From positions 1 through 64,000 of IMG/VR virus record IMGVR_UViG_3300025869_000011: 64,000 nt of DNA; one strand, written 5' to 3'. A program made the translations under genes and the position numbers. The DNA is from a virus. Every line of letters begins with the position of its first letter. The stretch's first letter is position 1. The notes beneath the pieces are model-generated. The model saw nothing but the letters and a program-made list of their open reading frames with translations, was not told the origin of the DNA and made no database searches. Positions 38,636 to 48,820 of this stretch are shown piece by piece.

Positions 38636-40438
38636 ATGTCAGGAAAAAAATTATTGATTCTTGAAAGACAGAAATCAAATTTAGATATAACCACCGGTGA
38701 AGACGGTTCAGTTGTATTAGAAGGTGTATTTACCGAGTTTGATGTTAAGAACAAGAACAACAGGATTTACGAGGAAAAAGAAGTAATGCCTCATATCAAT
38801 GAATTACAAGAAAAGGTTAAAACCAATAAACTTCTAGGTGAATTAGATCACCCTAAAGATTTTGATGTTAGTTTGGCTAATGTCTCTCATGTTGTTGAAT
38901 CATTAGATTATGATAAGACTAAAAAACAAGTTATTGGAAAAATCAGATTACTAAATACCTCTAAAGGTAAAGAAGCACAAGCTCTTATTAAAGATGGTAT
39001 TCCTTTACATATTTCAAGTAGAGCTGCTGGTACAGTAGATGAAAATGGTAAAGTTAAAATTAAAAAGTTTTTTACTTATGACTTGGTTGCAGATCCTGGC
39101 TTTGAAAATGCCGAGTTATCAAGAGTAAACGAATCTTTTGGTTTAAGTAATGATGATGGTATATTAATCTATGAAATGGAAGAAACTGAAAATAACGATA
39201 ATAAAAAAGATCTAACGATGGAAAATAATAATTTTGTAACTGTTGAAGATTTTCAAAAGTATACTGAATATGTATCTGGTGTTTTAAGTAATGTTAAAGA
39301 ATCTACTAATTCTAATAATGATGAGGTAATGGAAAAACTTATTAAATACACTGAGCATATTGCAGAGAAAGTAAATCAGGTTACTGATTATGCTGAATAC
39401 TTATCAGAGAATCTTGATAAAAATATTTCATACTCTGACTATTTAGCAGAGAATGTAAATTCAATTAAAGATTATGCTAGTTATTTAGCTGAAGAGCTTG
39501 ATGGTAGTATTCAATATGCTGAGCATGTTGCTGAGATGGCTGACAAAGGAATTGCATATTCTAATTATGTTGCTGAAAACTTAGAGAAGAGTATTGATTA
39601 TTCTGAATATGTAGCCGAGAAGGTTGATCAGAATATTGCTTATTCTGAATATCTTGGTGAAAATGTAGATAAGAGTATTAAATATACTGAATACGTTGCA
39701 GAAAATGTAAATTCTACTAACGGTGAAAGTATTAATGAAGATACTGTTAATGAATACGGTATGAAAGAAAGTTCTATGCCAACAATAGAAGAAGTTTCAA
39801 AATGTATGGATGAAGGAATGACTTATGAGCAAGTTTGTGAAAAGTATCCTGATGCAGACAAAGCGAAATTAAAAGAAATGTGTGAATCGTGTGGAAAGAC
39901 TCATGAGGCTGAAGATTACAAAGAATCTATTGAGGAGAAATTAAATAAACTTATTTCTGCTGCTGAAACTAAAAATGTATCTGAAATGCATTTTATGAAT
40001 TTCTTAGGAGAATCAAAAAAGAATCAGTTTAATGCTTTACCTGAAAGTAAGCAAGCTATGATTGTAGAATCAATGAATTCACAACCTATTATGTCAACTA
40101 TACAAGCTGAAAATATTTGGGAATCTAATTTCATTGAAAAGAAAAGAGAAATAAATGTAATTGATGATATGCCAGAAAGATTCCGTGGAAAATGGAATAA
40201 CCTTTCTGAATCAAGACAACAACAAATTATATCTGAATCAAGATTCCACCCAGTTGGTAATCAATACGGAATTAATAATTTCTGGGCAACAAGAGATCTA
40301 AGAGATACTCAAATTGCTACTGAATCTATTAATGAAAGTAAAACTGCTGCTGAGGCTGCTAATAAAAAAGAACCATTAGTTAATGAATCTTTTGCTGCTG
40401 ACCTTATTAGTAAAGTTAAGTTTAATTTAGGTAAATAA
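38636..40438 (+). CDS. Prohead protease gp21 fused to a scaffold-like coiled-coil region
   Basis: KNKNNRIY, GELDHP, ISSRAAG, YDLVADPGF; then 14-aa repeats. Confidence 0.88.
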   Translation: MSGKKLLILERQKSNLDITTGEDGSVVLEGVFTEFDVKNKNNRIYEEKEVMPHINELQEKVKTNKLLGELDHPKDFDVSLANVSHVVESLDYDKTKKQVIGKIRLLNTSKGKEAQALIKDGIPLHISSRAAGTVDENGKVKIKKFFTYDLVADPGFENAELSRVNESFGLSNDDGILIYEMEETENNDNKKDLTMENNNFVTVEDFQKYTEYVSGVLSNVKESTNSNNDEVMEKLIKYTEHIAEKVNQVTDYAEYLSENLDKNISYSDYLAENVNSIKDYASYLAEELDGSIQYAEHVAEMADKGIAYSNYVAENLEKSIDYSEYVAEKVDQNIAYSEYLGENVDKSIKYTEYVAENVNSTNGESINEDTVNEYGMKESSMPTIEEVSKCMDEGMTYEQVCEKYPDADKAKLKEMCESCGKTHEAEDYKESIEEKLNKLISAAETKNVSEMHFMNFLGESKKNQFNALPESKQAMIVESMNSQPIMSTIQAENIWESNFIEKKREINVIDDMPERFRGKWNNLSESRQQQIISESRFHPVGNQYGINNFWATRDLRDTQIATESINESKTAAEAANKKEPLVNESFAADLISKVKFNLGK

Positions 40439-40545
40439 ATAAAGAAACAAATAATATTAATCGAATGGTCAAGAAGAAAAGGACCGAGGCGATTAAAAAC
40501 CGGAATTTTATAATTCCAAAAAATGCGAAAAATAATTTTTAAAAA

Positions 40546-42282
40546 ATGTACGCAAATCAATTAATCAACGAGTCCGAGGTTCAAAAGACCTGGGGACCTA
40601 TCATTGAGGAAGCTACTGGTATCACTGAAAAGTCTAAGTTATCTTGGATGTCTAAGTACTGCCATTATCACAACCTTAATGAAAGTGTATATAATACTGT
40701 ACACTTAAATCCAAATATGAATGTACCAGGTATGGATGCGGTAACTTTACCAGGCAACCCTACTACAATGAATGCATTCTCTGGACAAACTGCTGGATCT
40801 GGTGACAGACCTTTTTCTTTGCTTCCACTTGCAATGCAAGTTGCTGCTCAGACTGTAGGTTTAGACTTAGTACCTGTAGTACCAATGCAAGGCCCAATGG
40901 GAATTCTTACTTACCTAGACTTTGTCTATGGTGGTGGTTTAACTAACCAAGCAGGTGGTGTAGATGGAAATTCTGCTCCATTATTAATTAAAGTACCTGT
41001 AACATTAGGTTCTGGTATTGCTGCTTTAGCAGTAAACGATGTAAACTATGTTGGTACTGGTACTAATGGTTCTTATGAACTTACTTTCGTAGGTGCATCA
41101 AGAATTGACGGATATCCAATCTTCCGTGTAAGAGGTAAATCTACTGACGCAGTAGAAGGTACTGATCCTTACAGACAAGGTGAAGAAGGTTACGAACCAA
41201 TTTATACTGCTATCGTAGGTGGTGGTGCTCCAACAGATTTATATTCTAATGATACATTAGCTGCATCTATTGGTACTTTTGGTGGAAGCCCTGAATATGT
41301 AAAAGCTTTAGAAGACCATATTACTGGTTTCTCAGGTAACGCATTTGAGGCTAACAACCCTGCTACCGGTGCACCTGCATTTGGTTCAGAAGATATCAAT
41401 GGTGTAGATCCATACCAAAGAGGTGTTGGAGAATCAACTCCAGATAACCTTTTAGGTCTTTCATTGTTCAATAAATCAGTTGCTGCTAAAACTTATCAAG
41501 TTGCTGCCGCTGTAACAAGAGAACAAGTTCAGGATTTAAAACAATTCGGAATCGACGCAGTTGCTCAAGTAGAAGCTGTATTGGTAAATGAGTTAACTCA
41601 ATCTATCAACAAATACATCTTGGATAGAATCTTCAGAAATGGAGCTACTAACGCAAATAATGTATTTAGTGTGGACGCATTAAACTTATCTGCTTCGTTT
41701 GTTACTGCTGCTCCTGGTGTTACTGCAATCTCTTTAGGTGCTGGTAATTCTAGTAACGCAAACATCTCGTTAAACACTGCTGATACTGTAGTTGGTTCAG
41801 GTGGTGAAACACAAGGATCATTACAACGTAGGTTGTATACTAAAGTTCTTGCTGCTTCTAACTTGATCGCAACGAGAGGAAGAAGAGGACCTGCAACGTT
41901 TGCAGTATGTTCTGGGGAAATTGCTACGGCACTACAGGATATCGCAGGTTTCGTACCTTACCCACTATCAAATACAATCAACCAAGCTGGTGGATCTTTA
42001 TATCCAATCGGTTCTTTGGCTGGTGTAACTATTTATGTTGATCCAAACATGGCTTGGACTGACTATAGAGTTGCTGTAGGTAGAAAAGGTGATGGTAATT
42101 CTCCTGGTTTAGTATTCATGCCTTACTTAATGGCTGAATCTGTTGAAACAATCGCAGAAGGAACTATGGCTCCTAAAATCGCGGTTAAATCTAGATTCGC
42201 TTTAGTAGATGCTGGATTCCACCCAGAAACTATGTACTACACATTAGGATTTAACTTTGGTACTGGTGTATCAATTATCTAA
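40546..42282 (+). CDS. Major capsid protein gp23
   Basis: W.PIIE, LVPVVPMQGP, QDLK..GIDA, YVDP, FMPY, P.I..KSRF. Confidence 0.93.
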   Translation: MYANQLINESEVQKTWGPIIEEATGITEKSKLSWMSKYCHYHNLNESVYNTVHLNPNMNVPGMDAVTLPGNPTTMNAFSGQTAGSGDRPFSLLPLAMQVAAQTVGLDLVPVVPMQGPMGILTYLDFVYGGGLTNQAGGVDGNSAPLLIKVPVTLGSGIAALAVNDVNYVGTGTNGSYELTFVGASRIDGYPIFRVRGKSTDAVEGTDPYRQGEEGYEPIYTAIVGGGAPTDLYSNDTLAASIGTFGGSPEYVKALEDHITGFSGNAFEANNPATGAPAFGSEDINGVDPYQRGVGESTPDNLLGLSLFNKSVAAKTYQVAAAVTREQVQDLKQFGIDAVAQVEAVLVNELTQSINKYILDRIFRNGATNANNVFSVDALNLSASFVTAAPGVTAISLGAGNSSNANISLNTADTVVGSGGETQGSLQRRLYTKVLAASNLIATRGRRGPATFAVCSGEIATALQDIAGFVPYPLSNTINQAGGSLYPIGSLAGVTIYVDPNMAWTDYRVAVGRKGDGNSPGLVFMPYLMAESVETIAEGTMAPKIAVKSRFALVDAGFHPETMYYTLGFNFGTGVSII

Positions 42283-42307
42283 TCCTATTTAGGTATATGA
42301 CTTTAAG

Positions 42308-42336
42308 AAAGGTTCGTCGAAAGGCGGACCTTTTTT
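42308..42336 (+). terminator. Intrinsic terminator after capsid gene
   Basis: aaaggttcgtc-gaaa-ggcggacctttttt (GNRA loop). Confidence 0.85.
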
Positions 42337-42376
42337 GTTTTGTATAAGTCTAATATATAAAAAAATAAAACTAATT

Positions 42377-43351
42377 ATGAAAAGAGTATTATCATATAAT
42401 GAATTCGTTAATGAATCTAAAAATATTAAGGAAGGTATTACAGATATCAAAGGGATTATGAGTAATCCTATTAAATATAAAAAGATTAAGAATAATGCTA
42501 AAGTTTATCAAAAGACTAAAGTACAACAAGCATTAAATAACTTAGATTACGAAAAGAAGAAAGCTGCTAGTAAAGGTGACGGTAATTCAAACGTTCTTAA
42601 AGTTGCTAACGCTACAAAAAATGCTGCACTTAAAAATCAGTCAACTGCAATAGCGGCAAGAATGAACGATCTTGCTACAACAGATCCTCTTAAGAAGGTA
42701 GTTACTCTTGCAACAAGTAAAGCTAATTTAGCAGCAGCAGAAACGGCACTTAAAGCTGCTGATGCTGAAGAATCAAAAGCACTTAAGATTAGAATTAAAA
42801 GATTAGCAGGACAAGCGGCCGATGCACAAAAAGCACTTAAAGATTATGAATCTGATTCAAAAAAGGATACTGCAGATAATGAAACACCGTCTGCTGAAGA
42901 TAATCAAAAGGCTGCCACTGCAGAGAAAGCTAAATTAGATAAAGAAAAGGCTGAAAGGGAAAAGGAAGCAGCTAAAGCAAACAAAAAAGCAGATACAAAA
43001 GATGAACCAAAAGTAGATGATAAAGCCGAAGCTAAGATTGCTCAACTAGAAAATAGTATTAAGTCACAAGATAAAATACAAGCTGATGCAACTAAGAATA
43101 TAGAAAAATTAAAGGGTGAATTAAAAATAGCACAAGATAATAAAAATACAGGTAAATCATCACAAGCTGAAGTGGATGCTATCTCAGCTAAAATACAACA
43201 AGAAACTGAAGATAAGAAGGCTGCTAAAGCTGAAGAAGATAAACTTAAAAAACAATTAAAACCAATAGCAGATAAACAATATGGAGAATCTCATACTCCT
43301 TTAGAAGAATCTGTTGCTGATAAGTTTAGAAGATTATCAGGAAAACTGTAA
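42377..43351 (+). CDS. Lys/Ala-rich coiled-coil protein, probable internal head protein
   Basis: N-terminal MKRVLSYNEFVNE resembles the T4 capsid-targeting sequence; late-type promoter at 42351. Confidence 0.65.
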   Translation: MKRVLSYNEFVNESKNIKEGITDIKGIMSNPIKYKKIKNNAKVYQKTKVQQALNNLDYEKKKAASKGDGNSNVLKVANATKNAALKNQSTAIAARMNDLATTDPLKKVVTLATSKANLAAAETALKAADAEESKALKIRIKRLAGQAADAQKALKDYESDSKKDTADNETPSAEDNQKAATAEKAKLDKEKAEREKEAAKANKKADTKDEPKVDDKAEAKIAQLENSIKSQDKIQADATKNIEKLKGELKIAQDNKNTGKSSQAEVDAISAKIQQETEDKKAAKAEEDKLKKQLKPIADKQYGESHTPLEESVADKFRRLSGKL

Positions 43352-43364
43352 AAAACTATTAACT

Positions 43365-43430
43365 ATGAAATGTAATTGTAAAACCTGTGGTTGCGGTAAA
43401 TCATGTGATTGTACCTGTTGTAACTGCTAA
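43365..43430 (+). CDS. Metallothionein-like micropeptide MKCNCKTCGCGKSCDCTCCNC
   Basis: Translated manually: 21 aa, 9 Cys; A-rich leader; fills the intergenic gap. Confidence 0.75.
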   Translation: MKCNCKTCGCGKSCDCTCCNC

Positions 43431-43441
43431 AATAAATCATT

Positions 43442-43933
43442 ATGTATAAAGTTCGTAAAATAAACTTTGGTTGGTATAAAAGGAGGCATGGTATTCTATT
43501 AGAAAATCTGCCTCCTTTAAAGCAAAAACTTTTATTGGAACATAATCATATGAAATGGTTAGATTCTGATATACAAGCCTTTGAGATTATATTTAAAGTT
43601 GAGGATATGAATGAGCATGAAAAGAATCCTAATCGTATACTTTGGAATCCTTTTAGAGAAACGTTTACAAACATTAAAGAATTAGAAAAAGACTCGGATC
43701 TCGTTGACTGGAATTGTGGAATATGTAAAGCTGGAATTAAATCAAGAATGGATTCTAGGAAGGTTGAAAATTTTGTTTGTAGTAAATGCGTGGAGTCTCA
43801 TAACTCACGGAACAGCAGAGTTGACCAAAGAATAATAGATTCCTCTGTTAAATTTATGAAGCACTGTAAATCCTTACTAAAAGGTGAACAGAGGGAGTTT
43901 ATGACTTACATAAGAAGATCATCAAAAGCGTAA
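43442..43933 (+). CDS. Hypothetical protein with CxxC...CxxC zinc ribbon
   Basis: CGIC...CSKC. Confidence 0.7.
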   Translation: MYKVRKINFGWYKRRHGILLENLPPLKQKLLLEHNHMKWLDSDIQAFEIIFKVEDMNEHEKNPNRILWNPFRETFTNIKELEKDSDLVDWNCGICKAGIKSRMDSRKVENFVCSKCVESHNSRNSRVDQRIIDSSVKFMKHCKSLLKGEQREFMTYIRRSSKA

Positions 43934-44710
43934 AGCTTCTTCTATAGTTATTTTTTTAAATGCATTTAAATTACTAGATGGGCATGCATTTAAAATTTCT
44001 ATTCCACTTCCATTAAGATCACGTTTAAGCAAATCAAACGCAGGTATAAATTGATCTTTATAAATATTAACACCTGTAGTATTTACTGGATAGCCATCGT
44101 GGAAGTGACTTTCCTTTCCTACATTACCCATATCATATCCTAATAAGATAATTCTTTTAGCACCTAAATGAATTGCTAAATTAATTGCAGCATAACCACT
44201 ATTTCCACCGTGTGCTATTTCATCTTTTTGTTTTGACAATCCATTCTTACTTCCTCTTTTTAAAAGTTTAATACTTTCGTTATGATCTTTATTAGGTGTA
44301 ATAGTATACTTCAAACCACTATAAGACATTATTTCTTTTCTAAGCCATCTGAATACTCTAGAATCTGTCCAATATAAAGCTGTTGGGTTATTATAATATT
44401 TTATAGCTTTATTAATAGCTATAGTTTTTTTATTAGATAATAAATTCCACTTAAATCCTTTTAGTGAAGGGCCTCCACCAATAATGTAAACAGTTTCCCC
44501 AGCCCACAACGGTGTAATAGTATGATATTTTAAATCTTTCTTTAGTGGTGTCTTTAGTCTAACTGGATTAGGATTTACTTTAGTAGGTACTTTATGGTGA
44601 GAATTAGTGTTTATAATTTTACCTCTCTTTACATTAGTCTTAATGTTCTTAGAAGATTCAGCTGGTACGGATATATTTACCACCTTTCTAATTCGTCGGC
44701 CCTTTCTCAT
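43922..44710 (-). CDS. Maf/DUF115 (CstII-like fold) putative glycosyltransferase
   Basis: IIGGGPSL, IAIN, NSGYAAINLAIHLGAKRIILLGYDM; the only credible minus-strand gene. Confidence 0.7.
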   Translation of the reverse strand: MRKGRRIRKVVNISVPAESSKNIKTNVKRGKIINTNSHHKVPTKVNPNPVRLKTPLKKDLKYHTITPLWAGETVYIIGGGPSLKGFKWNLLSNKKTIAINKAIKYYNNPTALYWTDSRVFRWLRKEIMSYSGLKYTITPNKDHNESIKLLKRGSKNGLSKQKDEIAHGGNSGYAAINLAIHLGAKRIILLGYDMGNVGKESHFHDGYPVNTTGVNIYKDQFIPAFDLLKRDLNGSGIEILNACPSSNLNAFKKITIEEALRF

Positions 44711-44785
44711 TGGTAGATTTTTTTTATTTATTTACATTAAAACAAATGTCTTTTTATCCATATAAAAATAAATCTAACTCATTAT

Positions 44786-45748
44786 ATGAAGAATATCCAA
44801 AACATACTATTAACAGAGAAGTACAGGCCACAATCCTTAGATGATTTGATTACACCACAGAGAGTTGGTGAGAAATTAAGTAAAGGAGTTTATCAACATT
44901 TACTATTACATGGCAGTCCAGGTACCGGTAAAACTTCTGCTGCTAAGGCTTTAGTGAAACATTTTAAGCATCCTTATTTATACATTAATGCATCAACCGA
45001 TACATCAGTAGATGTTGTAAGAAATAGAATTACTGACTTTTGTGCTAATCGTTCTATAATGGATGAACCAGGAAAAATGAAGGTAATTATACTTGATGAG
45101 ATTGATGGTGTATCTGATCAATTCTTTAAAGCGTTAAGGGCTACAATGGATCAGTTTGCTGTTAATGCAAGATTCGTTGCAACATGTAATTATATCAATA
45201 AAGTACCAGATCCAATTCAATCTAGGTTTGAAATGATTGATTTTGATTTTTCTAAAGAAGAAGAAACTGAAATAATGAAAAGTTACATTATGAGGATTTT
45301 TCAAATCTGTAAAGAAGAAGGTATTGGTATCGATAAACATGCAGCTGTTGAATTAGTAAAAAGAAAATTTCCTGATTTAAGAAACATGTTAAATCAATTA
45401 CAAGGATTTAAATCACAAGGCGTAGAAACTATAACTGTTGAAAACATTAAACAATTTAGTTCTGTGTATAGAGATATTTACGACCTCGTAATCGATGGAG
45501 AAGATCCTGTAAAAAATTATCAATACATGTTATCTAATTATGCAAATAGAACTGATGATGTTTTATCTTCATTAGGTGCGGAGTTTATAGATTTTATAAA
45601 ACAAGATAGGCAATCATACACTCAATTTATTCCACAGATAATTGTAACAGTTGCAAAATATCAAGCACAAAGACAACAAGTAATAGATCCTGCAGTATCA
45701 ATGCTTGCTTGTATTTATGAACTGCAAACAATAGTTAATGGGGCATGA
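44786..45748 (+). CDS. Clamp loader large subunit gp44 (RFC-like)
   Basis: EKYRP, GSPGTGKT, INAS, LDEID, PIQSR. Confidence 0.94.
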   Translation: MKNIQNILLTEKYRPQSLDDLITPQRVGEKLSKGVYQHLLLHGSPGTGKTSAAKALVKHFKHPYLYINASTDTSVDVVRNRITDFCANRSIMDEPGKMKVIILDEIDGVSDQFFKALRATMDQFAVNARFVATCNYINKVPDPIQSRFEMIDFDFSKEEETEIMKSYIMRIFQICKEEGIGIDKHAAVELVKRKFPDLRNMLNQLQGFKSQGVETITVENIKQFSSVYRDIYDLVIDGEDPVKNYQYMLSNYANRTDDVLSSLGAEFIDFIKQDRQSYTQFIPQIIVTVAKYQAQRQQVIDPAVSMLACIYELQTIVNGA

Positions 45749-45900
45749 GATCACAATTCTTAGAAAAATTAATAAAGAAGTTTCCTAATCACATGGAGTT
45801 AGGTGGAGCAGTAGCAAGATATTACGACTTAAGACAATCAAAGTTAAGCAAGGAAGAGTGCGAAGAAATTGTATTGAATTCTTCTTTCAGATTTAATTGA
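45745..45900 (+). CDS. Small hypothetical protein (51 aa, MRSQFLEK...)
   Basis: Translated manually; ATGA overlap with the gp44 stop. Confidence 0.6.
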   Translation: MRSQFLEKLIKKFPNHMELGGAVARYYDLRQSKLSKEECEEIVLNSSFRFN

Positions 45901-45933
45901 TACTTGTTATATTTAAAATAAATAATACACAAT

Positions 45934-47157
45934 ATGAAAAAAACAGGCAGACATACATTTGTTATAGATGGTAATTATTTTCTGTTTAGAACATTATATG
46001 TAATTCCTAGCAGATCAAAAAAGGCAGGTCTATTAGGAACAGAAGAAGACGTACAAGCTTTTGTCAAAAAATTGGCAACTGACTTTGCATATCAAATCAG
46101 ATTATTCGAAGGTCTTATCGACAAGGTTGTTTGGACGGTAGATTCAAGATCATGGAGAAAAGACTTTTACCCAGATGCAGAATATAAAGGTAATCGTAAA
46201 CAGAATGATGCCCTCAACTGGGAAAACTTTTCAAAGGCAACAGCTGACTTTATTTCTATCTTATCTAAGCAAGGTGTTATTATTTCTAAAATAGACGGTG
46301 CTGAAGGTGATGATTTAATGTATGCATGGAATACTGAATGTCTTGCAAATGACAAATCAGTTATTATGTTTACTGGTGACAGGGACTTAGTTCAATTAGT
46401 AGATAAGAGTACAAATAACAATACACATACTATTCTATTCTCACCTGCTCATAAAAAATTATATACTTATCAAGGTTTTTCTGAATGGATGGATTCACAA
46501 ACAGAAGAAGAACAATCTGATGATATATTTGATGTACTAAAAACTTCTGTATCACCAGAGAATCAGGCTAAAAAATTACTTAAAGCTTTGGTTGCAAAGA
46601 AAAAGGTTTCTATTATAGAAGTTGACCCTGAAGACTTCCGTTTTCGTAAAGTACTTACTGGAGATTCAGGAGACAATGTACCACCTGCATATTACTATCA
46701 AAAAGGCAACAGACGATATGGCATCAGCGAGAAAAAGGCAACTGCTATTATTGCAGAGTTCAAAGAAAAGCATGGCCACTTATCTCATATGTATCTTTAC
46801 AACGATGAGTATATTACTGATCTTGCAAATATGACCGTAAGAGTTATGAATGCAAAACATATGAGCAGAGAACAGATTATTTCTAATCTAAAATCCAATG
46901 TTAATCTTATGGTACTTGCTGCTGAATCTATACCAGAAGGTATCCTAGACGAAATGTTTAAATCTGTCGAATCTAAAATGAATGTAAAAGGTTTACAATT
47001 AAAGACAATTTCTACAATGAAATCTATTTTGGAAAATACTGAATATGCAAAAGAAACTGATAGTTCATTTAAATCTTCTTTCTTTAAAGATGATGATACT
47101 GATTCAAGTGACATGTCTTTTATAAAAGGTAGCAAATCACAGGATAAGATTTTTTAA
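45934..47157 (+). CDS. rnh: T4 RNase H-like 5'-3' exonuclease
   Basis: IDGNY, SWRK..YP..YKGNR, EGDD, TGDRD..QL, GDSGDNVP. Confidence 0.9.
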   Translation: MKKTGRHTFVIDGNYFLFRTLYVIPSRSKKAGLLGTEEDVQAFVKKLATDFAYQIRLFEGLIDKVVWTVDSRSWRKDFYPDAEYKGNRKQNDALNWENFSKATADFISILSKQGVIISKIDGAEGDDLMYAWNTECLANDKSVIMFTGDRDLVQLVDKSTNNNTHTILFSPAHKKLYTYQGFSEWMDSQTEEEQSDDIFDVLKTSVSPENQAKKLLKALVAKKKVSIIEVDPEDFRFRKVLTGDSGDNVPPAYYYQKGNRRYGISEKKATAIIAEFKEKHGHLSHMYLYNDEYITDLANMTVRVMNAKHMSREQIISNLKSNVNLMVLAAESIPEGILDEMFKSVESKMNVKGLQLKTISTMKSILENTEYAKETDSSFKSSFFKDDDTDSSDMSFIKGSKSQDKIF

Positions 47158-47196
47158 ACTTTTTTCTTTTTCTTCATATAAATATAAAATATCTCA

Positions 47197-47613
47197 ATGA
47201 AATTATTTGATTATATAAAAGTTCTTTTTGGTAAGGATGCACACTGGGAAAATGTAAGTGGTTATGATAAGTCTAAAAATTCTTTTATGACTAATCGATT
47301 CATGAGTATTAAATTTCCAATACAGGCAAATCTCTTTAATACTCTTAAAATTGATCCAATTGGTCAAGCAGAGGCATGGAGATTAGTTTCGTCTAAATTT
47401 AATAGAGTACCTGGTTTTATTTACACAAAGGTAAAAAAATCAGCAAAGCAAAAAGCAAAAGAATGGTCGCCTAACCCTAAGGCTTTAGAATTGTATATGA
47501 AATTTAACGAAATAGGAGAAAGAGAATATAAAGAAGCATTAAAAATTAACCCATCACAAGTACAGTCCTCGATAGATATATTAGAAAAACAGATGGGAAA
47601 TGATGTTAATTGA
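47197..47613 (+). CDS. Probable clamp loader small subunit gp62
   Basis: LFDYI...FM.NRFMS pattern; size and context. Confidence 0.55.
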   Translation: MKLFDYIKVLFGKDAHWENVSGYDKSKNSFMTNRFMSIKFPIQANLFNTLKIDPIGQAEAWRLVSSKFNRVPGFIYTKVKKSAKQKAKEWSPNPKALELYMKFNEIGEREYKEALKINPSQVQSSIDILEKQMGNDVN

Positions 47614-48268
47614 TAATACCTTTGAATTAGGAATACCTACACATATACAGTTTACTTTATTTAAATATGATTACTTTGATAGTATCATAATTACTAGAGT
47701 AAAAAAAGAGTGCAAAAACATATCTAAAGTTAACGGCGAATTTACTGTTACTAAGTCATCTTTCTTAAATGCTATAAAAACTAGTAAAAGAATTAAAGCT
47801 GAGATTGAAAAGGCAGAAGATTTTGGATACATACCAATCCCTTCAATAAAACCTAACTCTGTTTACTTTTTAACTTCTATTTTTAGCAGATTACCTAATC
47901 TTAACACATTAACATTTAAGATTAATAATGATAAGAAATATACTCGTTTAATTAAAAATACAGCAGGTCATGATATAATAAGTTTTCATTTTAATATCAT
48001 TGAAGGTATATTTGATTTAACTAAGGTAATGGATAGAAAAGAATTAGATATTTTTAATAAAACTCTTATAGAATTTAAAATATTAGAAAATAAGTATTTA
48101 AGTAGGAAACCATACTTTTATATGAAAGCTACTGCTATTATAGATATTTTAACTGTCATGGAAGCTGAAGGTAAATTAAGTACATTTAATATCTTGGATC
48201 ACATAGATGATAAGTTAGAAGAAGATGATCCTATACTAATTGTAAAGACTGATTATACCCCTTTTTAA
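47600..48268 (+). CDS. Hypothetical protein
   Basis: ORF only. Confidence 0.65.
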   Translation: MMLIDNTFELGIPTHIQFTLFKYDYFDSIIITRVKKECKNISKVNGEFTVTKSSFLNAIKTSKRIKAEIEKAEDFGYIPIPSIKPNSVYFLTSIFSRLPNLNTLTFKINNDKKYTRLIKNTAGHDIISFHFNIIEGIFDLTKVMDRKELDIFNKTLIEFKILENKYLSRKPYFYMKATAIIDILTVMEAEGKLSTFNILDHIDDKLEEDDPILIVKTDYTPF

Positions 48269-48269
48269 T

Positions 48270-48785
48270 ATGATAAGAAGAGAAATGTATCAATTCAAAG
48301 GTAATGATCTATTGCCTTGTAAAAGTTGGGAAATATATTTCTTGATGTCAGAAGAAGGTCAATATTATGAAATACTTTGGAACAGTTCAAATAATGAATT
48401 GTTAATGTCAGATACTGAATATGAAAAGAAAGGTCACAAGCCTTTAACTGATGCATTAGCAAAATATAAAAACCCTGCTGTATTATCTATAGGTTATGGA
48501 ATCGGTCTTATTAACAATTTAATTAAACTGTGCGATGGTTCTTTAACCGTCATAGAGATTAATCCTGATATTATAAAATTAGAAACTCGTGACATTAAAG
48601 ATTTAGATATTATCATTGATGATGCATTTATTTGCAATTATGATAATCTTTTTGCTGATAAAAAGTTTGATATAATTTGGTGGGATCCTTCTGGTGGAAA
48701 TAATAAAAATAAAACATTTCCAAAAGAAAGACTTAAAAATCTTTTAACAGAAAATGGCCAATTAATAAACTGGCACCATCTTTAA
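48270..48785 (+). CDS. Class I SAM-dependent methyltransferase (spermidine-synthase-like)
   Basis: VLSIGYGIG, VIEINPDII, DDAF, FDIIWWD. Confidence 0.8.
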   Translation: MIRREMYQFKGNDLLPCKSWEIYFLMSEEGQYYEILWNSSNNELLMSDTEYEKKGHKPLTDALAKYKNPAVLSIGYGIGLINNLIKLCDGSLTVIEINPDIIKLETRDIKDLDIIIDDAFICNYDNLFADKKFDIIWWDPSGGNNKNKTFPKERLKNLLTENGQLINWHHL

Positions 48786-48820
48786 TCGCTTAGGAATATA
48801 TAAACAAATAATGTTTGTAT

